Program-made: the position numbers and the translations under genes | Notes under the pieces: generated by a model | Databases searched by the model: none | What the model saw: only the letters and a program-made list of their open reading frames with translations | Told to the model about the DNA's origin: nothing | Shown: in pieces, positions 24,031 through 37,465 of the stretch | How positions within the stretch are numbered: position 1 is the first letter of the stretch | Layout of the letters: every line of letters begins with the position of its first letter | Assembly (NCBI RefSeq): GCF_009834535.1 | Contig: NC_045697.1 | Coordinates: 40,240,001-40,304,000 of the forward strand | Source: Camelus ferus | Taxonomy: Eukaryota | Reading direction: 5' to 3' | DNA length: 64,000 nucleotides

Positions 24031-24585
24031 GTGCATTAATTACCTATTACTGTGTAGCAAAATTACCACAAATTTAGCAGCTTAAAATAACACACGTTTG
24101 TCATCTCAGAGTTTCTGAAGGTCGGGAAACCAGATATGGCTTAGCTGGGTCCCCTGTGTTAGGGTCTTCACAAAGCTGTTAATGATTGTTGACCAAGGCT
24201 GGAGTCTCACCTGAAGACGTGACTGTGGAAGGATCTGCTCCAAGCTGACATGACTGTTGGCAGGGTGCAGTTCCTTGAGGACTGCCGGACAGAGAGCCTC
24301 TGACCTGTTAATCCCAGAGGCTGGATGCCTACCCTGTTCCTAACATGACAGCTTGCTTCATCAAAGCATGCAAGCTAAGAAGGCAACAGAAGGAGTCTGC
24401 TAGCAAAATGGAAGTCAAAATTTTACATCCTACACTTCTGTGGGACATCTTATCACTTTCGCCTTTTTCTGCCTGTGAGATCAAGTTGTTAGGCCATCCC
24501 ACACTCAACTGTAGGGAATTATGCCAGGGTGTGAGTACCAGGAGTTGGGGACCATAGGGAAGCCAGTTTAGAGACTGCTTGTCAC
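24031..24585 (-). mobile_element. MLT1E/F-like solo LTR
   Basis: ATTACCACAAATTTAGCAGCTTAAAATAACAC...GGCTTAGCTGGGTCC...GGGTGTGAGTACCAGGAG. Confidence 0.8.
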
Positions 24586-24784
24586 AACTGTGTGTATTAT
24601 CCATTTAGTACAATTAAATAAATGATTTTAGACATTGAAGACTTTTAGACATTAAATGAAAATGAAAGTATCAGTATAATATGTGAAATCTGATTTCAGT
24701 TTTTTTACTAAAAAATGACATGTACATAAATACATATATGTCTATAAATATATCCAGAGTTGTGGGGTTAATACAGATCAAATG

Positions 24785-25138
24785 GTTACCATCTTTGTTC
24801 AAGGTGACACAACAGAATACCAGAGACTGGATGGCTTATAAACAAACATATATCTCACAGCTCTGGAGGCTGGAATGTCCAAGACAAGGCACTGGTGGGT
24901 TAGATGACTGGTGAGAGCCCATTTCCTTGTTCACAGATGGCCATCTTCTTGCTGTGTCCTCACATGGCAGAAGGGGCAAGGGAGCTTTCTGGGTCTCTTT
25001 TACACGGGCATTAATCCCATTCATGAGGGCTCCACCCTTGTGACTGAATCACCTCTCAAAGACTCCACCTCCTGATACAGATTGGGGATTAGGTTTCAAC
25101 ATGAATTTTGAGAGGATGAAAACATTCAGACTGTAGCA
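24785..25138 (-). mobile_element. MLT1A-like solo LTR
   Basis: CTCACAGCTCTGGAGGCTGG...TAATCCCATTCATGAGGGCTCCACCCT...AAACATTCAGACTGTAGCA. Confidence 0.85.
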
Positions 25139-25552
25139 GTGATACTTCAGTGGAAGGGAGTGAGAGAGAAATGAGTGTAAAGGAACTTTCATAATTTAAT
25201 GTAGGTCTTTGTTTTCTTCCAAGGGGAAGGAGTTAGGATCAATTTACAACGTTATGGAGGGTAAATGACTTTCCAGTGGCATATGCTCACTTAATTGTAG
25301 GATGAGGACTCAAAACATAATTCTCCTTAATGTCACAGATGTTTTTCCTATTTATTTAGTGATTTATTTATTTATTTGTAAACCAAATTGTTTTGTTCAG
25401 AAAAATTATTAAAGATTATTTATAATAATGGTAGATATTAGTTTGTCTGCTGATGTCTGGCTAACCTCATTGGGTGGCCATCTCTACTCACTATGGTAAT
25501 TAAGCCATTTTTTAAACCATTATGAAACAGAAATCTGTATTTAATCCTATGA

Positions 25553-25765
25553 TAGGTTGGCCAGATTTACCAAATGAAAATATAGGATGCCCAGTTAAAT
25601 TTGAATTTTAGACACACAATGAATACTGTTTTAGTGTAAGTATGTCTCAAATATGCAAATACTTTTATACATACAATATTTGGGACATACTTATACTATA
25701 CAATTGTTCATCCTTTATCTGAAACTCACCTTTAACTAATGTCCTATATTCAGTGGGGAACCTTA
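25553..25765. mobile_element. MER53-like palindromic MITE
   Basis: TAGGTTGGCCAGATT...GGATGCCCAGTTAAATTTGAATTT...TGGGACATACTTATACTA...TTATCTGAAA. Confidence 0.8.
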
Positions 25766-26553
25766 TCCTATGGGCAATTACAAAAAGTGTGGGTTCTTGA
25801 GCAGAAGGAATACACAGTAAAATGGAATTTTAAAAAGATTAATTCCTACTTTGTTAACATCCGTGATACCCCAAAATCTCTTTCTGACCCAGAGACTAAT
25901 CTATTCAGCAAACATTTATGAATATCTACTTGGTGTCAGGCAGTACGCCAGCTGCTGGGGATTTAACCAACTATAGAAATGATCCCTGAAAGCATAGTCT
26001 TTGCTGGGGATTTAAAATCAAACAAACTTCCATCTTCTATAAGAAACTCAAACCATTTTTGCTGGTACTTGTTACAGGAATTCTGGGAGGTGACTGAAGT
26101 TCAGAATGTACCAGATCTGGTTAAAAACAGATCAGATTGTTGCAAATGTCTCTTAGCTCTCACACTTCAGTGTTTGGGTTGGTTTTTAACATACCTTAAG
26201 GTTTTTAAAATTATAAGCAATAATGAATGCTTAGGACAATTTTTTTTTGAAAGTTGAGAAATTTAAAAAAAAAAGCTTTAAAGAGTTCGGACATTGCCTT
26301 ATTTTCTTTGAGCCTTCATCATCTTTTCTATTCTTCTGAAACAGCCACTGAAATCTCTCTGTGGAAGTATAAAGGAGTAATGTAATTTTGCAGACTGTGA
26401 TTTACCAGTGTAAGTTTGCCAAATTCGACTCTATGAACGGATTCCAGGAAAATTAGAAAAACAAAACTCAATAAGGAAATAGTCTGCAACTAAATTTCAA
26501 TAAAAGTCCCAGAGATGGAGCTTTGTGTCAAGGTCCTTTGTACATTGATTTGG

Positions 26554-26585
<32 letters not shown>

Positions 26586-28139
26586 GCAGTTTAAACACAT
26601 TATTCCTTGAAGTTTATCCTGGTGATGTAACATAATTTGATGACTGACCAATTACCACATGAGTTCTGAAGTTCCATATTTTCAGACTGAGTAACAGCTC
26701 TGTGATGGGGAAAAGATGACTATGTGGAGCCACAGGAAAGTGGAAGAGAGGTGGGGGTGTGTGCTGTCTAGGGCCTGACTGCTGTCAGCTCCAGCCCTCT
26801 CATCCTCTGGGCTTGGCTCTGCATCTGAGGGAATGGCCCTGCAGGCTACATTCCCAAGCCCCCGTGTCACCCCGCCTTTGGCTCATCAGGGGGTGGCGCT
26901 GACAGCAGATAGGCAGGCAGGAAGGAGGGAGAAGCCCCGTGAGTCTTCTCTCTCTGCATCTGGCAGCATCTCTGACGGTGCCTGTGCCTTCCTCATGGCC
27001 TCAGCCTTCACCTGGTGGCTCTGAGGGCTGGGGGCTCTCATAACATCCCCTTTCTCTCCTCTGGCTTAGGGAGGACAGAGGCACGTGGTGGCCTTGTCTC
27101 AGGGATCCTATTTGGCTTCTCAGATCTTCCATCTTTCATAGTATTAATTCCCTTTGTTGTGCATATTGGTTTCTAGTTCTCTGGATAGACTCTGCTTGAT
27201 ACCGGGAATGTGGGAATTTTAAGGAGAATATCAGAAAATCAAGGATCCATATTCCTTTCTCCTTGACATCATCTTCAGGGATTTTCAAATAAACAAATGA
27301 GCAACTGTTCCTTTAGCACTGACACTGTCTCTGTTTCAAGGATCAGAGCTGCTCAAGGTCTTCCAGAGCAGATGCATTCCTAAGAACGTTTGGCTAGTGG
27401 AGCCAGATCTGCACTCTGCCTCAAACCAAGTCTTCTGTTATTGTCTCAGTGAACACAATTTCCTTTTTTTTTTTTTAAATGGAGGGGAGATGCTATCATT
27501 TCTAGATCGATAATTCTTAAAATGAATATGTAAAGAGAATAAAGGCAGAACAAAATGGAAATAAAGGAGTTTAGAGATAAGAGAAAGAAAATGGGAAGAT
27601 GACATGGAATCAGATAATACAGCTGTCCTCTTGGAGAGAAGGGCAACAGCTTTGATTAAAAGGGAATTAAAAAATCTGTTTTCTCAGAAATGTTGCTTAT
27701 AACCTTGACGTTTGTTAACTTGTTTTAGATACTTGCATGATATCATCAGCCATGGTAAATATAGGAAATGATGTTTGCTATGTACATTATAAATATTAAT
27801 AATCACAGCCTCTCAGTGAACTCCTTGCCAGCAAAGGAAAGGGAAATATTTCATAGTGAAAGCAGGGAGCGTGACCAGTGGGCAGCAACAGCGCAGAACT
27901 GATGGAGGGGAGGAGGCAATCCTATAGCCTTGTTGTGTGGAGGTGTCAGACCCAGAAAATTTACCTTCTCTCTTGTGAACTAAGGGCCTTGTTAGCTGAC
28001 CTGATAGGTGAGGTCAAACCTTGAATTAGAATTGGTGTAAGTCACAGATCCGCTCACTGCTTTCTGGCATCAAATATAAAGAAGAGAAGGCCTTCCTGAA
28101 ATGTCCCAAGGCGTTACGGCTATTCAGTGCTTTTATCCG

Positions 28140-28360
28140 TAAGAGCAAGGGCTTTGCGATCAGGCTCCTTTGGTCACTTCCTAACTGAGGCATCTTGAGC
28201 AAGTTAACTAACCTCTCTGGGCCTCCTCTGTAAAGTAGGGACAGAAATAGCACCTCCTTCAGAATGCTGTTGTGAGGATTAAATGGGCGCACGCACGGGT
28301 ATCTTAGACCAGCACCTGGAACTCAGTAAGCACTCAGGGAGGGTTAAATATTATCATTGC
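28140..28360 (+). mobile_element. MIR
   Basis: TTGAGCAAGTTAACTAACCTCTCTGGGCCTC...GTTGTGAGGATTAAATG...CAGTAAGCACTCA. Confidence 0.8.
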
Positions 28361-29729
28361 TCAGAAATGATACCTGTGATTTTAGACCTGTGTTAAATTC
28401 AAAGTATGGGAAATACACTTCAGGTAAATGCATAAAGTTATACACCATATTAAATGTAAGAAATCATGTTAGTTTGTAACTTCTGTCTTACAAGCCAAAG
28501 GGGAAGAAAGAAAACCACTTTAGTGACAGCTGGGAGATTTGACAAATAGGCAGCAATCGAAAAACATTTTAAAACATTAAAAAATGAAATTCCTTTCTTC
28601 AGGCACATTCTGCACGTACATGCTGAAGAGGAAAGCGGTTGTATGTCGTAGTAGCAAAGGAAGCAGAGCAACTGGGAGCGGGGGATCTTCAGGAACCCGC
28701 AGTCACTCTATTTAGATGGATAGTCTGTTGGGAAATTCAGTCTGAAACTGTGATTAACATTCAGCTTATGTTCCCTCTATTTCTAGAGTATTTTTAGCTT
28801 ACTGAAGTCAAATGACAATTTTTTTCTACGGACGGAAAATTATGAGCTGTTTAGGGAAATGAGCGCATGTCTTAATTGGGCAACATCACCTTTTCCATGG
28901 GAAGTGTAAACAAAACTTTAAAAAATGTATACATAGAAAACAATTGATGGAAATTTCTCTCTCTCTCCCTCCTTCTCTTCCTTCCTTCCTCCCCTCCTCT
29001 CTGTCTCTGTCTCTTCCTTTTGGTGGATGGTGGTCCCAGTCATCATACTAACAAAAATCAGCTCAGCAATAAAAGCTGCCAGCTGCGTTTTGAGAGGACA
29101 CGCATTCCGTCACTATCATTGTTGAAACACCAGTTTTGTAGCAGGTTCTGACCAAGTCCTGCTAGAATGACTTTAATGGTGGGTAGGATCCATGCAGGAT
29201 TTCCTGCACCAGAACTCTGGAAATGAAAGCTTAATTGAAAATAGCTAAATGGTACTGTTTGTAAATGCATTCTGGTTTAGGAAAGTGTAAGTAGCCATGC
29301 CCATACTTCCAGGGAATTCAGGATCATAATTACCCTTTAGAACAAAGGTAATACTTGGCGGCTCAGGTAAGCTGGTGCTCCCATCTCGTCCAACTCATCT
29401 AGCTGGAACAAGCTTACAAGCCAGGGTGGGGTGGCCCCACGAATCTTCTAGGAAAACATAGGAAGTAGCTGTGATTTTGAGCTCAGAAGCATTGAGCAGC
29501 AGTAGTTTTTCACAGTGAATCCACTGACTTGCCTGTGGCATTTAAGGTAGAACACAGGCCTTTTTTTTTTTTTTTCATTTTCGGTTTTATTTTACCAGCA
29601 ACAGCATCACCTACTTCAACCATCCTTTTAAAAAAATAATAATTTATTTTCAAGTTTTATAGTGCTTTACAATTTTCAGAAGTTTCACACACATAATTTC
29701 ATATAATCCCATCTTAACCTTTTTAAAAA

Positions 29730-29948
29730 ATCCCCAATCCCTATATTGCCCCTCCTCCCCCCCCTCCACAAGTTATCACTGGTTTGTTCTCTATCTCTGT
29801 GATTCTGCTTCTTTTTTATTGTACTCATTAGTTTGTTGTTTCTTTTAGATTCTACGTATAAGTGATATCACACAGTATTTGCCTTTCTCTGTCTGACTTA
29901 TTTCAATTAGCGTAATGCCCTCCCGGTCCATCCATGTTGATGCAAATG
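29730..29948 (-). mobile_element. L1 3'UTR fragment (part of a composite insertion)
   Basis: CCCTATATTGCCCCTCC...TTTTTAGATTCTACGTATAAGTGATATCA...GTCCATCCATGTTGATGCAAATG. Confidence 0.85.
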
Positions 29949-30794
29949 CACAGGCCATGTTTTGACATCTCTTAGAATTTGGAAATACCTATGGCTTTTG
30001 ACTCAGTTGGTGCCCTCACCTTCTCAAGGGTGCAGTGGTAGTACAGAACATTTATTAAAGATGACTGTGGAGCACTATTTATAGAACTAGAAAGAAGAGC
30101 ATATGATTGTGAGTAAGAACAATAAGAATAAACGGTTATTACGTGCCTGGACCGTAGGGGAGGTGGGTGGGGGGCTCCAAAGCCCAGCTCACAGTCTTTC
30201 TCCTGGTTTTCTGTCCGGAGTCTGTGGAACTGCTACCACACCTCTGCTCCTGGACTACCACGAGACTACCTGTGCCTGCCTGCCATGTGACTCTATACCA
30301 TTTTGTAGACACTCAGAAGGATGATGCCTCAGAGCAGCTAAGGTAAACGTGATTAATCACAACTTCTTTTTAACCACTAGTTTATGAGCAGAGGAGAGGT
30401 AAAACGAACATCATGAAATCGGTGAGGTTTGACAAACAGGTAGCAACAGCACAAAGCTAACAGAGGAGAGGAAGCTGGACTCAAGTGGGACAACTGTTGC
30501 CTTTGTCCCGAACGTTCACACTGGTTGCCTGAGCCACCCGTCCGCGGAGGCATGCCATCTCTTCCACTACGTGGGAGGAACAGCATCCTTCCTGCAAAAC
30601 GTTTCTGGGTCATCCCCGAAGTAGTACTATCTCTCTCCTCTAAATCACCGTAGAATTTTAAATGTGCTCCTTTTTAATGGTAATTAACATCTCTTCTCCC
30701 TCTGACTTAGATGAGAGTGGGAGAAAAGGGAAAAAAAATGATACAAAAGTGAATCTAAGGAAACACGGAACGTGAGAATCACAAAAAATGTTAT

Positions 30795-30997
30795 TTTGAT
30801 AGTGTGGTCAAGGATGGCTTCTTTGAAGAGGTGATATATAAGCTGAGATGTAAAGAATGAGAAGGAACAGGCTATAAAGGCAGAGAAAAGAATGTCCCAG
30901 AGAGACAGAGCAGTATGGGCAAAGACCCCAAGAAAAGAGAAGACCTCAGGTGTGCCTGAGGAGCTGACTGTAGGCTGGTCTGACTGGAGCTCAGTGA
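30795..30997 (-). mobile_element. L2 fragment
   Basis: GGTCAAGGATGGCTTCTTTGAAGAGGTGATAT...GGCAAAGACCC...GACTGGAGCTCAGTGA. Confidence 0.7.
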
Positions 30998-31009
30998 ACA
31001 TTCATAGCA

Positions 31010-31560
31010 GGAGAGAGCCTTAGGGAGGGCAGATCCATGTCCAGAATAAGCGCCTGTTCCAGTAAGGATGAAGCGCTGCCCCTTCCCTGATGGAAACGTT
31101 CCAGTGTAATAGACCTGCCGCCGGGTAGCTGGCTGACCACCCTGCGGGTGGCTCTGTAAGCAAGGGGACTCAGTGCTGGTCTCTCCTGCTGCAGATCAGG
31201 CACTCAGCAGTGGGCGGAGCCTGGTCGGCCTTGGTGAGGGGGAGCCCGTGCGTAACCCCATCCCTGCCACCATGGCCACTTGGCTCATGAGCCCACTGGG
31301 CAAGGACAGGGAGCCTGGGGAAAGGGACTGACTGGTGACCACAGAACATGTCATCCCACCCAACTGATTATTATAATCTTCCTCTGCTGGCATCACCCTT
31401 TGGTGCGCATTCAGTGGGGCACAGACACCTTCATTATCTTTGGCTATTCTGATAAGTTTATCCACATACCTCTTCCCCCAGTTTCTTTGTCCCCACCTTC
31501 ACAATCATGCTTCTTCCAAGCTCTTGATCATCCAGCGAAACCATTGGCCACAGCACATGC
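31010..31560 (-). mobile_element. ERVL internal pol fragment (RNase H to integrase), frameshifted
   Basis: Translations LNAHQRVMPAEEDYNNQLGGMTCSV and LQQERPALSP resemble ERVL Pol VNAHQRVTSAEEDFNNQVDRMT and CQQQRPTLSP. Confidence 0.85.
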
Positions 31561-34019
31561 CCTGACCCCCTAAAAGAAAGAAAAGAAGAGAGCCAGACTG
31601 TTACATCTAACTTCATTGATCAAAATAGTTTTTTAAAAAATCATGTTTTTCTGGAATATATTGCTTGATTTATCTATATTATAGTTGATTTATCTATATT
31701 ACTTAGCATGCTCTGTCCAATGCAGATAATGCAGAAATTATTTCTTACTTAATTACTGGAAAGCTTGAAACGTAAAAAGATAATTGTCAATTAAAGAAAG
31801 ATACTTCTACTTAAACTTTGGTTTCACTCATAATGTGTGGAAACTCATGAATGCATTTCCGTTTAAAAATATACTTAAAATCCAGTGCAAGATGAATCAC
31901 TTATTTTGAGAAATGCCTCCTTTTGTTATCTCATCATCTTGAAGGAAATATGATCCCACCAAGCATCTTTGTTACTATGTCTTCTATTTTTTTGCTTTTG
32001 TATTTGAAAGTCATGGAAAGCCAAAACTTCGAGAAAAAGCAGTAAGTGAGTAATGTACTACCCAAAGTGGTCACAAAATATCTTTTGATTAATTTTGTTA
32101 ACGTTTACAATCATGAAATGACAGAAATATTTTATTTTGTGTCATAATTTTATGGTGCAACTAACTTAATTATTTTTCTAGAAAAAAAGAAATGTAATAT
32201 GTAAACCTATACTGGTAACTGTCAGGAATTCATTCGTTCTGTCAACAAAACTGCACTGAACCATACAAAGCCCCTGCCTTCAAGGAGTTTGAATTCTAAT
32301 GACAAGGCTAACTATTTCAAAGTTAACAAATAAATATGCAGTATAACATTATGTAATGATAAATGTATTAAAATAGTGGATTGTGTTCATAGTGTTAACT
32401 ATCAAAATACTTACCATTCAGATTTGGCTGTTATAAAGACGTTTATTTTTGTCTTTCTAGAAAATCATGGAAAGCAAACTCCTTTGTAAAACCCAGTCAA
32501 CAGAGTTTGCTTCCTGTTTTGAGGTGTAATAATTTGGAAAGTAACTTACAGCTAAACAAGAAGGTATTAAGCGATTATTTTTGGTTCTATCTTATGCAGT
32601 TTTTTTTTTTCAAATATGTGAAGTTAGGTTTGTGAAGAAAGCTCTTGTCTCTTTAACTTCCTGTTTAAGTAGTAAAACAGATGTCTAGAAGGTCTACTAT
32701 GACAAAGTGATAATGACAGTTTATTCGTTGGCCGACTTTGTTTTTTCCCTGCCCATAAGCATAGCCTTAGGAAGAGGAAACTCTCACCACAGCACTTGTG
32801 TACATTTTGCTGAATTGACAAAAATCGTACGATCCAAACCCCAGTCTTAGAAATTGCAATTACACTGGGAAACCTGGTGGAAACTGACAAAGACTACATC
32901 TGAGCCCCCTCAAAGTCAGATGCTTGGAATAGTAATTACTAGAGGTGAAATTCAATAATAAAAATTTTCTTCTTCAGAAACGTCACTAGATGGAAAATTC
33001 TATTCTTGTTATATAGAAATCTTTCTTTAGCTGGCTGGAAAAATAAAGTAAAATGTTCAGATAGTCTGTTCCACAGTACTTTGTTTTACATGCTAGACAA
33101 GACAGTTACGTGTGTGTGCTTTAGAGATACCGAAGTATTTAGAACGTGTGAGAACCTTTTCAGTCCGTTTTCATTCTTCTCACTGTCTTTCACGTCAGTG
33201 CACTAGGGTATTTAGTCTCGATTATGTACCAGCGTATTTATTATTGATTATGTGGCCATTTATCAAGAAAAAGGTGAGTGTTGAGACACTAGTCTAATCA
33301 GGGTTACTTGCTATTAAATTTAGGAGCAGAGATGCAACACACATCACTTAAGCACCTGTTTTCTGCTAAAGTTATAGTAGCACAGTATTGACTATTTCAC
33401 TGGAACTTTTCAGAAGGAATTTGAGCTCAGACTCAGTGGGTCTGTGTAACTGTCTTGCAGTAATGTGAGATTCAGTGTGAAAGTAATATGCCAAATGGCA
33501 ACCACCTATTAAACATTTTCCTTTTTTCATATCTACTTAAGATTCACTTTCCAGGCCCTCCAAAATCCCTGTGGGCCCTGAAGGGCAGAACCTGCCTTAT
33601 CACAGGGCGTTCACTCGGTACTGTCTGGTAACAACCCAGGAGCCGCTGCTCAGTCTCCGTTGTCTCCTCTTGCTCTGACATCTGTATCTACTGAATTTTT
33701 AGTTTTTAACTCTCTTGATTCTTGCAACTTGCAGTCTTTTTTCTAAATCACTTCTCTACATTCTGAATCCTGCCCCAATTCCTGCGTTGACCAAAATATC
33801 AATAACAGAAAGCATTTGTGTTTAGCAGACCATATTGAAGTTTCGAAGTTGTACAATGGAATTTCATTATCACTGACTGCAATTCAAAAGTGAAAATTTA
33901 ACAGTAGTCATCACGGTCCTACCATGGCCTCCACTGGTCATCCATCCACTGTTTCGTACAGGCCGTTTCTCCTGGTCACAGCCTCACCCTCCCTCTCCTT
34001 TCCTTTCCCTGTAATCTCT

Positions 34020-34414
34020 TGTATTAGTTTGCTTAGCCTGCCATAACAAAATACCACCAACTAGGGAGCTTAAACAACAGAAATTTATTGTCTCCTAGCA
34101 CTGGAGGCTAGAAGTTCAAGATCAAGATGCCAGCAGGTTTGGTTTCTCCTGAGGCTTCTCACCTTGGCTTGTAGATGGCTGTCTTCTCCCTGTGTCCTAA
34201 CACGGCTTTCCTCTGTGCATATGTCTTGTGTCTTCATCTCCTCTTCTTCCATGGACACCAGTCAGAATAGATTAAGGTCTACCCTTACAATTTCATTTCA
34301 ACTTAATTACCTCTTTTAAGACCGTCTCTTAAAATGCAGTCACATTCTAAGGTATGGGGGTTTAAGGCTTCAACGTATGAATTTAGGGAGAAGGGTCACA
34401 GTTAAGCCCTTACT
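34020..34414 (-). mobile_element. MLT1A/B/C-like solo LTR
   Basis: TGTATTAGTTTGCTTAG...GCTTAAACAACAGAAATTTATT...GGACACCAGTCAGAATAGATTAAGG. Confidence 0.85.
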
Positions 34415-36034
34415 GTCTCCCAAGTCTTTTTTCTTCTGTTCCTTTGCCAGCTTCCAACCCCCAGCTTTCACTTCCTTTTCTAAAGCAGAGAAACTTTGTT
34501 TTCCATTAATAAACCTCTCTATATGTTTGAAACAAAATGATACCTACTTTCAGACTTCATTTTTTTTGCATGCATAGCTCAGGTGAAAGTTTAAAAATTA
34601 TAGTTTCTCCTCCAATATAAATAAGTTCCATAACAGGACTCCACCCGTTTTTGTGCATAGAGGGACAAATATGATTTCTTCTCCTTGTCCCAAGTTCCCT
34701 CAGGGCCATTGGATGGCTGGGAGTTGGCTGAGATGCTTGGTTTTTCCTTCTTCCAACTCATGTATTTTCTCTTGAGTTTACTCACTTGAGTTACAAAAGG
34801 AGCTTGTAAAAATTAACTCAGAGAGAAAAGGAAATATCTTGTTAGTTGCTAATATATCTGTCTCAGGACTTTTTTAAACAAAAGGTTATCCATTGCATAA
34901 CTGTTACCCTACATCATTAGGTGAGAGAAATGTACCTGACTGTCCATACCTCTCCATCCCCAGTCTCTCCCAGCCTGACAGTTGTCCTTCCATTTCATTC
35001 TTTTGGAGACTTGTTTTCAATTCAAGGGCATTCTCAGCACTTATCACTCAAGAAATCTTTATTGAGCAGTTGGTCTATATTGACTTTAATCTTTACAACA
35101 TTCCTGTAAGGTAGACATTATTAAACATATTATGCAGATGAGATTTAACAGGTCAAGGTCTCAGTTTTATGCTATTTAGCGACAGAATCTGAATTTGACC
35201 TGTGTCTGTCAGGGCCTCAGGTCTCTGCTCTTTTTGCTGTACAAGAATAGCAGAAATAAGAGACTCCACTTTTCAAGCTCTCACAAGAGTTTGGAATTCT
35301 CAACACTCTTAGTCTTGCCTTCAGTATTTGAATACTGTAAGTTCTGTCCATGTTTATGTTCCTCTTGCTCCTTTTTAAAAATTAAAAAGAATAGCTGGGG
35401 GGGATTATTCTTAATCTCAAAATCCCCTAAGATTCCTCTATTAATTTTGCATTTTACTTTCCCATCCTGGGTGATGTCAGTTTACATACTGGCAGCCTTG
35501 GCCGGCCCCTCCTGGTTTAGGCAGGGAGAGGAGAGCCGTGCAGTCAGGGTCCTGCACAGCGGGAGGAGATGCACTGAAGGGAAGGAGTCCTGGGCTGGTG
35601 CCAAAGGACAGTAAATAATGAGACACTATTCCAGAAAGCAGCAAGCTAGTGAAAATTTTGGGAAAGTAATGCAACATTCATGAACCAAGAAATAGTTCAG
35701 AAGGTGAATCAGGATGAAAAGCCCAGTAGGAGAGGCAAGAGAATAAAGCAAGATGGCCAGGGTCCAGAGGAAATAAACACAGACAGGTTGAAGGGGCGTT
35801 TAAGAACAAAGCCTTTGATTGTGCTGATACTGTCCTTCATGCATTTCTTAGCAAGTATCATTAGTGTCCAGTTAAAATGTCACTGGGGCTGGAATTTTTA
35901 GACTTACCTCTCTGTAATAAGAAATGATTGTGTTATAGGTATCTAAGTTAAAAGCTTGGTGTGTGTTATTTGTTTCTTCTGATCCCTTTTTTCCTAAGTC
36001 ATCATGGTGGGGAAGAGAGACACAAACATAATTA

Positions 36035-36195
36035 ATAGTTAATTTTTACTGAATGCTTCAGTCTTGCTAACAATCCTATGAGAGAAGTATGTTATTATTC
36101 CCATTGTACAGATGAGAAAATGGAGGCACAGAAATGCTGAGTAACTTGCCCATGGTTGCACAGTGGGTAAGTGGCATGGCAAGAATTTGTACTGA
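36035..36195 (-). mobile_element. MIR
   Basis: AACAATCCTATGAG...ATTCCCATTGTACAGATGAGAAAATGGAGGCACAGA...TAACTTGCCCATGG. Confidence 0.8.
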
Positions 36196-37304
36196 TTACT
36201 GTGCAGTGTGTTAAGAGATAAAATAATATGGTACAAATGAATGAGGATCCAATGAATTCTGCTTGAGTGAGGATTAAGGAGAGCTCTGCTGATGAGATGA
36301 CGTATCTCCTATGAATCATCCCACAGCTTGGTGCCCATGTAAATACTACTTCTGATTGTGCTCTCAGGAAAATATTACCCTTGATACTGCTCTCATTACC
36401 CAGACACTGAAAGTAATACATGAACAACGATCTGTCCCGATTTTTCTGTTACCAGCTGTCCCTAGTCTTCAAGACATTCCCACTCCTCAGGGCTGAGATG
36501 TTCCATTCAAATTAGTGTTTGTTACAGACATTCTAGATCTCAAGTACTACAATGATTCACTGCCTGCACTGACTTTAAAAAAGAACTAGTAGAGTTAGAT
36601 AACATGGTAAAATCTACGTGATAATTTTTATACGTCAGGTAGTTTGGATAAGAGGAGAGGGTACTTTATGAACAAAACGTTTTCCTGTGAGTAGTTCTTC
36701 TTGCATGTATTATCCTAAAGATGAGAGCAGACTGGGCTAGAAATATTAGTTAAATTCTCTTTTCATTGGCATAGTTCTTAAGCAGAAGTCCCCATAAGAA
36801 AAGTTCAATAGAACAAGGAAATATGATTAATCTCGTTTTCAAAACATTTACCAGTTAGTGTGAATGGTCTAATTTCTCTATATTTTCCACTTGTTTTTAT
36901 GTTGTATGGTCATAGTAGTAAAAAATGCCTGCAAGGATGTCTTTCAAAATGAAGTTAAGGAAAAACCATGGCAAATACCAGTGTAAGAAACAGTGGGTTC
37001 TAATGGAGGTTTGTAAAAAGGGTTTTGCCATTCTTAGTGCTAGTTACCATTACACTTCCTGTAGATGCAGAGAGTGGGGACATTAGAGGGGTTAGTTACC
37101 GATATATCAGATCATTTCTGGACAAGATTAAAACAAAAGAGAATAAAGAAGTGAAAAGCATGAAGTTACTCTTCTTGTATTTATATTTTTCTAATTGTGT
37201 AAGAGGGAATCTTCATTTTTATCAATTGGATATTTTTATTGTGTTTTGGTTTATTAGTTTTATTACGTTTCAATGATGTTGCTGTTAGAGTTGGCAGAGG
37301 CTTC

Positions 37305-37465
37305 TTATTACAAGTTATTTTAATTTCTCTAAAGTTCAGTTTCTTCCTCTGAAAGATGGAGAATTTAGTGCACTGTATCTCAAAGACGTGTTGTGAAGAT
37401 TAAATAAGATAAGGCACGTAAAGCACTTAGCAATGCTGGAAACACGGTAAAGGTTCAGTGGATGT
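37305..37465 (+). mobile_element. MIR
   Basis: CAAGTTATTTAATTTCTCTAAAGTTCAGTTTCTTCCTCTG...TTGTGAAGATTAAATAAGAT...TAAAGCACTTAG. Confidence 0.75.

Noticed and set aside
26559..26589. T27 followed by GCAG resembling a splice acceptor
   Set aside because: Simple homopolymer with no supported downstream exon.
35195..35614. Longest unexplained ORF (139 aa)
   Set aside because: Non-ATG start within a MIR-like end; random composition with no domain or splice context.
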